Positions 32,324 to 44,363 of a stretch of 64,000 bases of DNA are shown here, one piece after another; the stretch's first letter is position 1, and every line of letters begins with the position of its first letter. The stretch lies in NCBI GenBank assembly GCA_963841685.1, contig CAWJDU010000003.1:1549936-1613935 (forward strand). Direction: 5' to 3'. The notes beneath the pieces are model-generated. The model was given only the letters and a program-made list of their open reading frames with translations. It had not been told where the DNA came from and ran no database searches. This DNA comes from Vulcanimicrobiota bacterium. Its GTDB lineage: Bacteria > Vulcanimicrobiota > Vulcanimicrobiia > Vulcanimicrobiales > Vulcanimicrobiaceae. The position numbers were made by a program, and so were the translations under genes.

Positions 32324-33727
32324 ATGGCGATTCTCGAGTCGCACGCGGCGGCGACGCGCGAGGTCACGTCGCGGCTCGCGGCGCGCGCGTGCGCGACGTC
32401 GTTCGCCGAGCTCGGCGACGGCGACGATCGAGCACGCGAAGCAAGCCGTGCTCGACCTCGCGGGCAGCGCGATCCGCGCGCGCTCGAAAGCGCCCACGTC
32501 GGCGGCGGTGCATGCGGCGCTCGAAGCGCTCGGCAGCGAGCGGCAGCCGCACCGCGGTCGGTTACGGCGCGACGTTCTCGCCGCGCGACGCCGCGCTGCT
32601 GAACGCGTGCAACTTTCACGTGCTCGACTTCGACGACACGCACGAGCGCTCGTCGCTGCATCCGGGCGCGCCGGTCGTCGCCGCGGCGCTCGCCGCCGCG
32701 GAGCGCACGCGCGCGAGCGGCGCGCGGCTGATCGCGGCGATCGTCGCGGCTACGACGTCGCGGTACGCGTCGGGCTCGCGCTCGACCCGGCGCGCACTAC
32801 GCGCGCGGATTCCATCCGACCGCGACCGCGGGGCGGTTCGGCGCGACGGCCGCGGTCGCGCGCGTGCACGGCGACGACGCCGCGACACTCGCGTCCGCGT
32901 TCGGCATCGCGCTGAGCCAGGCGGCGGGTCGCTGCAGTTCAGCGTCGACGGCGCGCGACGAAGCCCGTGCAAGTCGGGTTCGCCGCGCACGACGCCGTGC
33001 TCGCGCGCGAGCTCGCCGCGTGCGGCGTGCGCGGTCCGGACGAAGCGTTCGAAGGCCGCAGCGGCCTGCTGCACGCGTACTCCGACGGCGCGGACGCGGC
33101 CGAGCTGCTCGACCGCTGGGACGGCGTCCACGAGATCGATCGCACCGCGTTCAAGCCGTATCCGTGCTGCCGCTACATGCACGCCGCGATCGACACGCTG
33201 CGCGCGATCGTGCGCGAGCACGGGCTCGATGCGCACGCGGTCGAACGCGTGCGCGTCGCGCTGCCGGCGGCCGGGATGCGCCTGTGCGCGTATCCCGAGG
33301 AACGGAAGCGCCGGCCGCGCACGATGGTCGACGCGCAGTTCAGCATGTACTACGCCGCGGCGGCGACGCTGCTGTGGGGCGGCGTGCGGTGGGACGACTT
33401 CGCGCGCCGCGACGCGCCGGAGATCGCGCGCTCATCGAGCGCATCACGGTCGACGAAGATCGCGGCCGTCGAGGCGCTCGTGCCGCGCATGGCGGCGCGG
33501 GTCGAGGTGCGACGCGGGCGCCGTGCACGAGCAGCCGTCTCGCGAGCCCGCGCGGCGAGCCGGACAGCCCGCTGAGCTGGGACGAGCTCGTCGCGAAGTT
33601 CGACGAGCTCGCCGGCGCCGCGTACGGCGCGCCGCGCCGAGCGCGCATCGTCGAGGGCGTGCGCGCGCTCGACCGGCTCGACGACGTGCGCGATCTCACC
33701 GCCGAGCTCGGCGCACCGGACCGATGA
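32324..33727 (+). CDS. MmgE/PrpD family protein (frameshifted)
   Basis: HVLDFDDTH, LHPGAPVV, FEGRSG, FKPYPCCRYMH, AQFS, PRGEP. Confidence 0.88.
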
Positions 33728-35204
33728 GCGCGACGCTGATCTTCGAAGACGTCGTCCGCGACGCGGCGACGCTGCGCGAGCGCGGCATGCGGCTCGCGGG
33801 CGGACTGCGGCGCATCGGCGTGCGCGAAGGCGACGTCATCGCCGTGCTGCTGCGCAACGGGCCGGTGTTCGCCGACGTGATGTTCGCGTGCCGCACCGCC
33901 GGCGTGTACTTCGCGCCGCTCAACTGGCACTTCACGGCCGAGGAGATCGCGTACATCGTGCGCGACTGCGGCGCGCGCGTGGCGGTCGGCGACGCGGACC
34001 TGCTCGACGCGGCGGCGTCCGCGTTTCCCGCCGGCGCGGCGATCTTCGCGAACGGCGGGACCGGACGGTTCACGGCGTACGAGCCGTGGCTCGCGCAGCA
34101 GGCGCCGTACGATGGTCCGGCCGTCTCGCCGCGCGGACACTTCCAGTACACGTCCGGCACGACGGGCCGGCCGAAGGGCGTGCGCCGCGATGCCGTGCCG
34201 CTCGAGCAGGTCGAGGCGCGGCGGCCGCGATGCGCGCGTCGTGCGGACCGCGTACGGAATCGAGGACGGATCGCGTACGCTGGTCTCCGCGCCGCTGTAC
34301 CACAGCGCGCCCTCGTCGATCGCGCAGAACACGCTGCTGTACGGGAACCTGCTCGTGCTCGCGCGGCGGTTCGACGCGGCAGAGACGCTCGCGCTGATCG
34401 ACCGCCATCGCATCGAGGTAGCGTACCTCACGCCGACGATGTACGTGCGGCTCCTGCGCCTGCCCGACGCGGCGTGGTCGCGGTACGACGGGTCGTCGCT
34501 GCGCTTCGTCGCGTCGACGGGCGCGCCGTGCGCACCGGAGGTGAAGCGCGCGATCATCGAGCGGCTCGGGCCGGTCGTGAACGAGACGTACGCGTCGACG
34601 GAAGCGGGCACGATCACGATCGCGTCGAGCGCCGACGCGCTCGCGAAGCCGGGAACGGCGGGCGTGCCGATCCGCGACGCGCGGTGCGCATCCTCGACGG
34701 CGCGGCGCGACGTGCGCGCCCGGCGTGATCGGGACGATCTACGCGCGTCAGCCCGCGTACGCGGACTTCACGTACCAGAATCTGCCGGACGCGCGCCGCG
34801 CGATGGAACGCGACGGGCTGCTCACGCTCGGCGACGTCGGCTATCTCGACGATGACGGCTATCTGTTCGTGTGCGACCGCTCCGCCGACATGGTGCTCAG
34901 CGGCGGCGTCAACATCTATCCGGCGGAGATCGAGCACGCGCTGCTGCGCGTCCCCGGCGTGCTCGACTGCGCGGTCGTCGGCATCCCCGACGCGGAATAC
35001 GGCGAACGGCTCCACGCGTTCGTGCAGCCCGAGCCGGGCGCGGCGCTCGATTGCGAGACGTGCGCCCGCGCTGCGCCGCACGTCGCGGGCTTCAAGGTGC
35101 CGCGCACGTTCACGTTCACCGACGCGCTACCGCGCGACGACAACGGCAAAGTCGCGCGCCGGCGCTTGCGCGCCGCCGCGACCGAGAGCGCCTCGCCGGC
35201 ATAA
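33724..35204 (+). CDS. Acyl-CoA synthetase (AMP-binding; frameshifted)
   Basis: YTSGTTGRPKG, PLYHSAP, YASTE, GDVGYLD, SGGVNIYPAEIE, LPRDDNGK. Confidence 0.92.
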
Positions 35205-35235
35205 GCCGACGCGTCGCCGGCGGCGGCGCCCGCCG

Positions 35236-35967
35236 TCAGCACCCGCTCGAACCCGGCGGCGAGCGCAGCGCTCCCGGCGTTCCCCTCAGGACCTTGGTCG
35301 TCGCGCGCGTAATCCGCGCACGCGCGCGTCCGCGATGCGCGCGCGCAGGAGCGCCCGATGGACTCCGCGCTGCCGAAGTCCGGCAAAACGCCGCCGCAGT
35401 ACAGGAGCGCGAACTCGCCCGAAACTCCGAGCGCGCCGCCGCCGGCGGCCACGCCGTCGGTCTCGGCGACGAACAGGCCGCCGCCGCGGCCGCGCACAGC
35501 TCCTCAAACGAACGGCCCGATCCGGCTCGCCGCCCTCCGCGAACGCGTGCACAGAGCCGGACCCATGATGCACGATCGCGCTCGAGGCGGACCGCGATGC
35601 CCGCCCCCGGTGAGGTCGCCGTGCGGCGCGCGAGTCGTTTCGTAGAACGCGAACGCTCGTCTTCGAGCGCGAACCCGTGCCGGTCGAGCAGCGCGCGATC
35701 GCGCTCGATCGCCGTTTCGCGCATCTCGACGCGGACCGGCACGCCTCGCGAGCGATAGAATGCGTCGAGGACGGCGACGTCATCGTCCGTGAGCGGACGG
35801 GACGATCCGACGGCAAACGCGACCGGGCGCGTCGTCGCCCTGGCGCAGACCGCGTAGCCGCCCGCGACGGCGACGGCTCCGTCGTGCGCGGTCGCGACGT
35901 CGACGTTACGGTTACGCAGATATGTCGCCCAGAACGCGGCTTCCGCGCGGTCGGCACCCGTCGGCAT
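35236..35967 (-). CDS. GNAT-family acetyltransferase (frameshifted)
   Basis: Motif A assembled across frames: GVLPDF-RQRGVHRALL. Confidence 0.65.
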   Translation of the reverse strand: MPTGADRAEAAFWATYLRNRNVDVATAHDGAVAVAGGYAVCARATTRPVAFAVGSSRPLTDDDVAVLDAFYRSRGVPVRVEMRETAIERDRALLDRHGFALEDERSRSTKRLARRTATSPGAGIAVRLERDRASWVRLCARVRGGRRAGSGRSFEELCAAAAAACSSPRPTAWPPAAARSEFRASSRSCTAAAFCRTSAARSPSGAPARAHRGRARARITRATTKVLRGTPGALRSPPGSSGC

Positions 35968-36153
35968 CCCGGTCGCTCGTGCGCTGGCGGCGCGCGGCCC
36001 TCCTCTTCGCCGTAATGTGTTCGTAAGCGGGGGCGCGTAAGATCGGGCCTACGGGACTAGTTTGAGCCGTGAGGCTCGAGGGGGGTCCAAGTTCGCTGCG
36101 TCGATCGGCGCCGCAGCCGGCTCGACGGCGAATCGCTTTCGCCGCCGATCGGT

Positions 36154-38531
36154 GTGGTTCGCGTCGCGCTCCTGGGGACGCCGCAGTTCCGCTTCGAGGG
36201 CCGGGAGCTGCGCTTGGCGATCCCGCGAACGCGCTCCGCGTGATGGCGTACCTCCTATTGAACGAAGGATTGCACGCCCGCGAGCGGGTCGCGACGGCGC
36301 TGTGGCCCGACGACGACGAGAGCGGGGGCCGTGCGAACCTCCGCCGGCATCTGCACCTGGTGCAGCGCGCGCTGCCGCCGGCGCCGCGGCCGTGGCTCGA
36401 ATGCGATGCCGTGACCGTCGGGTGGAATCCCGGCGCGCCGGTCACGCTGGATGTCACGGCCTTCGAGCGCGGCTGCACGTCGCCCGCGCAGATCGAGTCG
36501 GCGATCGCGCTCTACCGCGCCGACCTGCTGGCGGACTGGGACGACGAATGGCTGGTGCCGTGCGCGATCCCATGCGCGCCGCGTACGAACGCGCCTCGAG
36601 ACGCTCGTGCAGCGCGCTCGCGACGCGGGCGACGCAGATCGCACGGTCGCGGCACTCGAGCGCGTTCGCGTTGCCGATCCATGGCGCGAGGACGCGTTGC
36701 GCGCGCTCGTTACGCTGCGCGCGGAGCGCGGTGATCGCGCGGGCGCACTCGCGGAGTACGCGGTGTTCGCCGAGCGGCTGCGCGACGAGCTCGGCGTCGA
36801 GCCGATGGCGGAGACGCGGGCGCTCAACGATGCCGTGCGCGATCGCGAAACGGTTTCCGCCGCGGCGTTCGCTGGCGCCGCCGAACGCGCGCGCGTGCCG
36901 GACGAGATGCCGTTCGTCGGCCGTTCCGCGGAGCGGTCCCTGCTGCGCACCGCGTGGCGCGCCGCCGCGAGCGGTGAGGGGACGACCGTGCTGCTCGCGG
37001 GGGAAGCGGGCGCCGGGAAGACGCGGATGCTCGACGAGCTGGCGCGCGACGTCGCCGCGCACGGCGGCCACGTGCTGCGCGGCCGGTGCGGCTCGCCGGA
37101 GTCCGAGCCGCTCGAAGCGTTCACGGACGCGCTGCGGCCGCGTTGCCGCTCGCGCGCGGCATCGCGCTGAGCCCGGCGTGGCTCGGCGTGTTGAGCGCCG
37201 TCATGCCGCAGCTGCGCGCCGAGATCGCCTCGCTGCCGGATGCGCCGGCGCTGTCGCCCCCGCAGCAGCGCACGCGGCTGTACGAAGCGGTCTGGTCGTT
37301 CATCGCCGCGCTGGCGCGCTCGCGCCCGCTGCTGCTCGCGCTCGACGACGTGCATTCGGCGGGCGCGTCGACCGTCGCACTGCTGGAGTTCGTCGCGCGC
37401 CGCGCGCGCCGCGCGCGCGTGCTGGTCGCCGTCGCGTGGCGCGAGCGCGAGTACGCGAGCAACTACGCGCTCGCGGACCTGCGCCGCCGCCTCGACCGCG
37501 AAGGCCTCGCGTCCGTCGTGCCGTTCGGTGCGCTGGATGCCGCCGACGTGTGCGAGCTGCTGCGGCGGCTCGTCGACGAGGACGACAATCGCGCGACGCC
37601 GTCGCGCGCGAGCTCACCACCGTGCAACGGTAACGCGCTGCTGGTCGGTGAGACGCTGCGCGCGTGGGCGGATGCAGGAGTGCTCGACGCATCGGCGCGG
37701 CGTTGGCGCGATACGGCAACGATCCCGCAGCTCGCCGCATCGGCCGGACACGCGTCGATAGTGCGCGAGCGGCTCGAGCGCCTCACGGACGATGCGCGCA
37801 CCGTCGCCGAGATCGCGGCGATCGCCGGCGACACATTCCCGGCGGAGCTCGTGCGCGAGGCGAGCGGTATCGGAGAGCGGCGCACGCTCGACGCGCTCGA
37901 CTTGCTGATCGACGAGCACATCGTGCGCGACGGCGTGCGCGGGCAGTACGCGTTCAACCACGACGTCGTGCGCGCCGCGATCGTCGACGAGATGACGGAG
38001 CCGACGCGGCGCCGCCGCCAACGCCGCATCGCGCAGGTGCTCGAACGCCTGTATCCCGAGCGGGCCGCCGATCTGGCGCAGACACTCGCCGGCCACTGCG
38101 ATCTGGGCGACGGGCCCGGGCGCTGCATCGGTCCACTACGCGCGCGCGGCGGCGCACGCCGCGGCGGTATTCGCGAACCAGGAGGCGCTGACGTACGCAA
38201 CGCGCGCGCTGGACCTCGGCGACGATCCGACGCTCCGCATCGCGATGCTCCGGCTCTGCGAGGAGCTGTACGGCCGCCGCGGCGAGCGCGACGCCCAACG
38301 CTCGACGGCGATCCGGCTGGCGTCGGTCGCGCGGCGTCTGGACGATGCGGAGATGCTGATCGACGCGCTGCGCCGGCGCATCGAGATCGAGCGCGTCTGC
38401 GGCGACCCCGATGCGGAATGCGACGCGGCATGCGAGCTGGACGCGGCGTATCGCGCCGCGCGACGTCCGAAAAGCGTCCGAGCCGGCCCGGCGGCATCGG
38501 ACGCGGCCGCGGCGCCGGACCGTTAGAGTAA
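36154..38531 (+). CDS. SARP/BTAD + AAA (STAND-like) + TPR transcriptional regulator (frameshifted)
   Basis: VRVALLG, ALWPD, ALYRADLL, DPWREDA, ELGVEP; Walker A GEAGAGKT; Walker B LLALDDVH; YAFNHDVVR. Confidence 0.85.
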
Positions 38532-38545
38532 CGGCGGAGGTTTCT

Positions 38546-39070
38546 ATGGATTTCGTCGATTATGCTCATACCGCGAAGGCCGCAATCGACCGGTTTCGCG
38601 ATCTGATGACCCGGTACGCCGCCGCGGCCGCGGTGCCGGCGTGCGCGCTGGCCGCCATCGTGGAGCGCGAAAGCGGTGGAAATCCAAGCGCGATCAGCGC
38701 CGACGGCGGCTACGGGTTGTGCCAGATCACTTCCGGCGTCGACGCGCACGGCGTGTTCACGCAGACCGGCGCGAACATGCGGGACCCGGCCAGCAACCTC
38801 GAGACCGCCGCGCGCTTCTCCCTCGCGCCGGCGATCGCGCAATGCACGGCGCTGCGCTCGCGCTACGCCACGCAGATGAACGCCGTTTCGCCCGAGATCC
38901 TGTTCTTCGCGTTCTGCGCGTACAACGCGGGGTTCGGCAGCGTTCAAGCCGCCGTGCAAAGCGGCGTGAACCCCGACGACCGCACCACCAACCGCTACGG
39001 CGCCGGCACGTTGGCCCTCTATCACAGCGCCCTCGCCGCTTCGCACGCAGCGCTCACCGCCACGCACTAG
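38546..39070 (+). CDS. Lytic transglycosylase (SLT domain), no signal peptide seen
   Basis: GGAGG RBS; AIVERESGGNP, GLCQI, AYNAG. Confidence 0.88.
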   Translation: MDFVDYAHTAKAAIDRFRDLMTRYAAAAAVPACALAAIVERESGGNPSAISADGGYGLCQITSGVDAHGVFTQTGANMRDPASNLETAARFSLAPAIAQCTALRSRYATQMNAVSPEILFFAFCAYNAGFGSVQAAVQSGVNPDDRTTNRYGAGTLALYHSALAASHAALTATH

Positions 39071-39101
39071 CGGCATTCACCCTCATCGTAAGGAGCCAGC
39101 C

Positions 39102-40728
39102 ATGGCCGTTACCCTCAACGACCTCGGAAAGACGCTGCTCGCGCAGCTGTACGAAAACGTCACCGGGGGCGACGGCTCCGTCCCGCCGGCCGAGGACGCG
39201 TTCATCTCCTGGGCGCAGCCCGGTATCCCGTTCGGACTCAATGACTTTCAGTTCGCCGTGCAAGGCCTGAGCGCCAACATCCCGCAGACCGGAGGGAGCA
39301 CGTCATCCGCGAGCACGCCGGCCGCCGCCGGGTCGCCGAGCGGGTCGTCGTCCGGCTCGAACGGGTCGAGCGCGTCGAGCGGCTCGGCGACGTCGACGTC
39401 GAGCGGCGGCGGGACCGCGACCGCCGCGCCGCCCGCCGTCGATCCCGCCGACGAGCTGCGGCTCATGCTGCAGCAGGCATTCAACTTCGCCGATCGTCGA
39501 CTACGTCCCCGACGTGACCGGCGTCTACAATCATGACAAGCAGCAGACGATCCTGCGCTCCTCGCAGATCCGCATGAGCCAGATCTTCGGCGACATAGTG
39601 AAGTTTTCGGAAGTCGTCAACTACCCGCTCACCGATCAGCAGAACGCGGAGCTCGCGAAGTGCCGTTCGCTGCTGACGACGACGCAGACGACGACGGATC
39701 CGCTGACGGGTGCGCAGTCGACGGCGACCAGCGACAGCCCGATGGTGCAGGCATACAACGAGAAGATGGCCGCGTACATCGCCGCCGCGCTGCAGTACAA
39801 CACGAAGCGCGCGAAGGCGCAGTCGGCGTCGGGTGCGGACGGTGCCGAAGCCGTCGCGGACTGGGCGAACAACGCAACGCTCTACCGGCTCCAGGTCAAG
39901 GCCGCGATGGACGAGTGGACCGGCGAGGGCTACAAGAACGACGTCGACGAGATCAACGCCTACATCGCCCAGACCACGCAGCGCAGCATGCTGCTCTGGA
40001 AGCAAGGCGTCCAAGAGAACTACGAGGACGGCATCGTCTCCGGCGTCGCGCCGGGCCAATCGTTCTACTACACGACCGTCATCCCGGGCAAATTCGCGAA
40101 CGCCGGCGGGTGGACGAACTACACGCTGACGCACGACGAGGTTTCCGAAGCGTCGGCGAGCTCCAGCAGCTCCGCGAGCGGATCGACCGGCGTGAATTTC
40201 GGGCTTTTCAGCGTCGGCGGAAGCGCCTCGCACAGCCAGTCGGCGGCCGATGGGTCGATGGCCGTCAACGACTTCTCGATGTCGTTCGACATGTGCCAAG
40301 TCGTCATCGCGCGCCCGTGGTTCGCGCCCGAGTGGTTTCAGAACCGGGGCTGGATGCTACAGAAGGGCGTCGGCTGGACGTACGACGCGATGCCGTCCGA
40401 CGGCAGCCCGCTGCCCAAGACGCAGGGCAACTTCATCGCGTACTCGACGACGCTGCTCTTCATCAAGAACCTCACCATCACGAGCCAGTCGTTCGCGGAC
40501 ACGTGGCAGACGGCGCAGAGCTCGACCAGCGGCAGCGCAAGCGTCAGCTTCGGCCCGTTCTCGCTCGGCGGCAGCTACTCGCACGCCAGCGGCGACCAGT
40601 CGTTCGCGGCGCATCGCGACGGAGCGACGCTCACGGTCGACGGCATGCAGCTCATCGGCACCGTGAACCACCTGATCGGGAAGGCGCCGAATCCGCTCCC
40701 CGAAATCTCCGCGTCCGACTTCGAGTAG
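39102..40728 (+). CDS. Hypothetical protein, RPWF-motif paralog A, candidate beta pore-former (one frameshift near 39490)
   Basis: AAGGAG RBS; Ser-rich linker; helical middle region; two Ser/Gly amphipathic segments; IARPWF..WF..RGW; ends KAPNP. Confidence 0.75.
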
Positions 40729-42196
40729 ATGACATCGGCCGTCGCCCTGGCCCTCATGGCGAAAGCGGCCGCGGTGTTCGGGGGGAGCGACACCTTCTGT
40801 CGTTCCCCTCACGCCGCTGAGCTTCACGAAGGACCAGCTCGATTTTCTGAACGCGGGCACGAACCCGTCCGCGGCGCTCGAGAACGCGTGGCAGCTCGCG
40901 CGCATCGTGAACCAGATGCCGAGCGGACCCGTGTGGCCGACGGTCGACACGGGTCCGCTCTGGCAAGAATACACGCGCATCCTCCAGCAGGCGCAGCTCG
41001 CGAACGAGCAGCGCACGCCGGATGAAGAGACGCAGGACCAAGCGGCGCTGGCATATCTGTACGTCATGACCGGCGGCGTGCAGGCGCCGTCGGCCGCCGT
41101 CGTCGCATACGATCAATACCGTGACGCGTACCTGAACGCGAAGCAGCAGTACACTGCCCGTTCGATCGCCGCCCAGAGCAGCAGCGATCCGGCCGTGAAG
41201 AGCCAGTTCGCGACCGATCAGCCGTCGCTGCAGGCGGCGGTCGACGCCGCGCTCACAGCGTGGGAGACGGCGGGCTGCAAGGCGCCGGTCGAAGAAGCGC
41301 GGCGCACCGAGCAGAGTCTCGGCGCGTTGTCGCCCGCGACGACGTGGTCGCAGTGGACGCAGAATTGCGATCCCGACGTCGTCGCGCAAACCGACCTCGA
41401 AGGCGGGCAGTTCATGCCGACCGCGTTCGCGCCGTCGTCGGTGATCGACGGCGGCCTGTGGCAGCAATTCACGCTGGGCGGCACCGAGGTCGCGCAGCTC
41501 GTGCAAGGTGCGCCCGCGCAGCTCGCGGCCCGCTTGGGCGCCGGCGATTCGGTCGACGTCGCATCGGTCGATTTCAGTGCACGTCGGTGACGGTCCAGCG
41601 CCCCTGGTTCAGGCCCGACGTGTTCGGGTCGAGGTTCTGGAAGCTGAACATCCCCCCGACGGTCATCGGCGACGGCGCGAGCCCGCCGAACGGGACGATT
41701 CCGGGCTATACGGTCGCGATCGTGTTCGCGCGCAACGTCTCGGTGACGCTGGCGGCGACGTCGCCGGACCCGCAGTCGCAGACGCCGCTGATGATCGGTC
41801 CGCTGCACGTCTCGACGATCGTCGACGGCGCCGGGAACCGCACGTTCGTGCGGCCCGAAGCGACCGCCATGATGCGACCGCTGCTGTTCGCGACTGCGGC
41901 GCCGGCGCCGGCGCCGCGCCCGGTGTTCGCACGGTCGCCGTTCCTCATGCGCGAAGCGATCGCGCGTCCCGTGGCGACGGCTCCCCCGCCCGCTGCGCCG
42001 GTGCAGCCGGCGCAGCGGTTGATCGCGCTGCGCGCCCTGAACTTCCAACGGCTGCCCGCCGCGCCGGCGACGGTAACGCCGCCGGCAAGTACGCCGCCCG
42101 CCGCCGCGGCGCCGCCGGACGTGATCTTCGTCCTCGGCTTCATCTGCAAGTACGTGCCGCAGTGCCCCAACCCGGATCCCGTCGCTGACGTGGTGA
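40729..42196 (+). CDS. Hypothetical protein, RPWF-motif paralog B (frameshifted)
   Basis: VQRPWFRPDVFGSRFW, DG..P..G.I..Y, FARNV, VLGFICKYVPQCPNPDP; Pro/Ala-rich insertion. Confidence 0.72.
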
Positions 42197-42223
42197 CGCG
42201 CCCGCTGCGCGAGGAGAACCAGC

Positions 42224-43150
42224 ATGGACTCATCGGATAACGGCGCGTCGCCCGGCGATTCGTCGGATTCGTCGAACACCGCTGACCCCGGTTCATCCGA
42301 CTTCGACCGACTCGACCGCGTCGGATTCATCCGGTTCGAGCGATGCGGGTTCGTCGGATTCGAGCGACTCCGATTCGACGGACTCGAGCGATGCGGGTTC
42401 GTCGGATTCGAGCGACGCGGGTTCGTCGGACTCGAGCGATGCGGGTTCGTCGGATTCGAGCGACGCGGGTTCGTCGGACTCGAGCGATGCGGGTTCGTCG
42501 GATTCGAGCGACGCCGGCACGTCGAGCAGCTCGAGCGCGAGCGCGGCGGTACCCGTTGCGCCGGCCGCATCCTCGTCCAGCACGTCGTCGTCATCGAGCG
42601 CGAGCTCCACGACGAACTACGCGGCCCTGGTTGCGATTCCGTCCGGCATCAACGCGGGGCTCGGCGCCGCCGGTCAGAGCACCATGCTGGCGGTGCTCGG
42701 CACACCCGGTGCGCTGACGCAGAACTGCTCGCCGATCACCAACGCCCACTTGAAGACGTTGCTGGTGACGCAGAACGTCGGCCCGTTCAGCGTGACGGGA
42801 CTGAAGCCGGCGGTCGAGGCCCTGACACGGGTGTTCGCGGCCATCAAGGCGCAGAAGCCGGCGCTGTACGCGGTACTGACGACCCCGGGAATGACGTGCT
42901 GCCGTCTCGTGCGCGGTTCGACGACGAACTTCTCGAACCACGCGTGGGGCACGGCGATCGACATGGGCATCCACGGCGTCGTCGTCCAGCTCGGCTCGAC
43001 GACCGCGCAGGAAGGCATCGTCGAAGCGGCGCCCTTCTTCCAGGCCGAACGCTTCTTCTGGGGCGCCGGATACAGCACGCGCAAGGATCCGATGCACTTC
43101 GAGGCGTCAACGAGCTGATCCAAGCCTGGAAGGCGTCCGGAACGATATGA
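42224..43150 (+). CDS. M15-family Zn metallopeptidase with N-terminal Ser/Asp repeat (frameshifted)
   Basis: GAGGAG RBS; R...SNHAWGTAID; FFWG; DPMHFE. Confidence 0.82.
   Translation: MDSSDNGASPGDSSDSSNTADPGSSDFDRLDRVGFIRFERCGFVGFERLRFDGLERCGFVGFERRGFVGLERCGFVGFERRGFVGLERCGFVGFERRRHVEQLERERGGTRCAGRILVQHVVVIERELHDELRGPGCDSVRHQRGARRRRSEHHAGGARHTRCADAELLADHQRPLEDVAGDAERRPVQRDGTEAGGRGPDTGVRGHQGAEAGAVRGTDDPGNDVLPSRARFDDELLEPRVGHGDRHGHPRRRRPARLDDRAGRHRRSGALLPGRTLLLGRRIQHAQGSDALRGVNELIQAWKASGTI
42336..42520 (+). repeat. 24-nt tandem repeat (7 full units plus a partial) encoding SSDAGSSD
   Basis: Units of TCGAGCGA(T/C)GCGGGTTCGTCGGA(T/C) with no spacers; one diverged unit. Confidence 0.9.
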
Positions 43151-44363
43151 ACGGGTCGTCCGACTCCGACGACAGCGACTCGACCGTCGCCACCCCGAGC
43201 GACTCGAGCGATTCGGACTCGAGCGACTCCGGCGATTCGAGCGACTCCAGCGATTCGAGTTCGAGCGATTCCGGTGGTTCGGACTCAACCAGACCGAGCG
43301 ACGCAGGCTCCAGCGGCGCGGAGGGCTCGGACTCCAGCGACTCGGTTTCCAGCGATTCGAGCAGCTCCGATTCGAGCACGTCGAGCGCGTCCGCGTCCGG
43401 TGCGTCGAGCACGACGGCTTCGTCGGCGTGGCCTGATGCTTCCGCCGGCGGATGGAACGCGTCGATCCGCACGGTGAGCGGCTGGAGCCGCGTTCCGGTC
43501 GCGGGCTTGATTTCGTGAACTTCGACGATCAGCTCCGCGCCCGCCGCCGAAGGTTGGGCGGTGGCCGGCGGGGATCGGTGGGTCCAGCGGATGGGCGCGA
43601 GCGCGGTCATGGACGATCTGCTGCACTTCCACGGAACGGCATCGGTCAGCGGCAGCGCACAGACCGGAGCGCGACGGCGCCGGGAGCGGTCGGCGGCGCC
43701 AGGTCAACCAGATAACCGATCAGCTGGCCGCGTAAGGGCGGCGGATGTGATCGCGCTGCTGCCGCAAGGGACGCTGATGTCGGGGTTCGCGCCGTCGGCG
43801 TCCGCGCCGTTCGACATCCCGGCGTTCATCTCGGAGGCGCTCGATGCGCTGGTTTCCGCCGGCGTGCTCGCCGAGAAACCACCGGTGTCGGGAGTCATCC
43901 TGTCCGGCCACAGCGGCGGCGGCGGCGCCCTCTCGGTGCTGCTCGCGCAAGCGGGAAATCCGCACGTGCCCGCCGTCGTCGAAGCGGAGTTTCTGTTCGA
44001 AGGAATCAACGGCCCGAACGAGCTCGCGACGCAGACGGCGTTCGTCACCGCCAAGCTGAACGCCGATCTCGCCGCGGTGACCGGCGCGACGGATGCGTCC
44101 GCGGCCCTCGCGTACCTCGCGCGCAGCTTCCGGTTCGCAGGGTTCTACGACTCGCAGTTCTACGTGCCGTTCTACACGCAGCTGAAGACGTCGATCGCCG
44201 CATGGTTCGCGAAGAACGCCGGCGCGTTCGGCGGCACCAGCGACCCGACCTACGTCACCCGCTGCGTGCGAACTACGCGATCTCGGTACCGTCACAGGCG
44301 GTCCCGCACGACGAGATGGTCGACCACGGCAACCTGCTCGCGGCGCTCAAGATGCTGCCGTGA
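43147..44363 (+). CDS. Ser/Asp-rich N-terminus fused to an alpha/beta-hydrolase-like domain (frameshifted)
   Basis: ATGA overlap with the upstream gene; SDSSDS tract; LHFHG, LLPQG, ILSGHSGGG nucleophile elbow. Confidence 0.68.

Noticed and set aside
42336-42520. 24-nt repeats as a CRISPR array
   Set aside because: No spacers, codon-periodic and coding for SSDAGSSD; no cas genes in the window.
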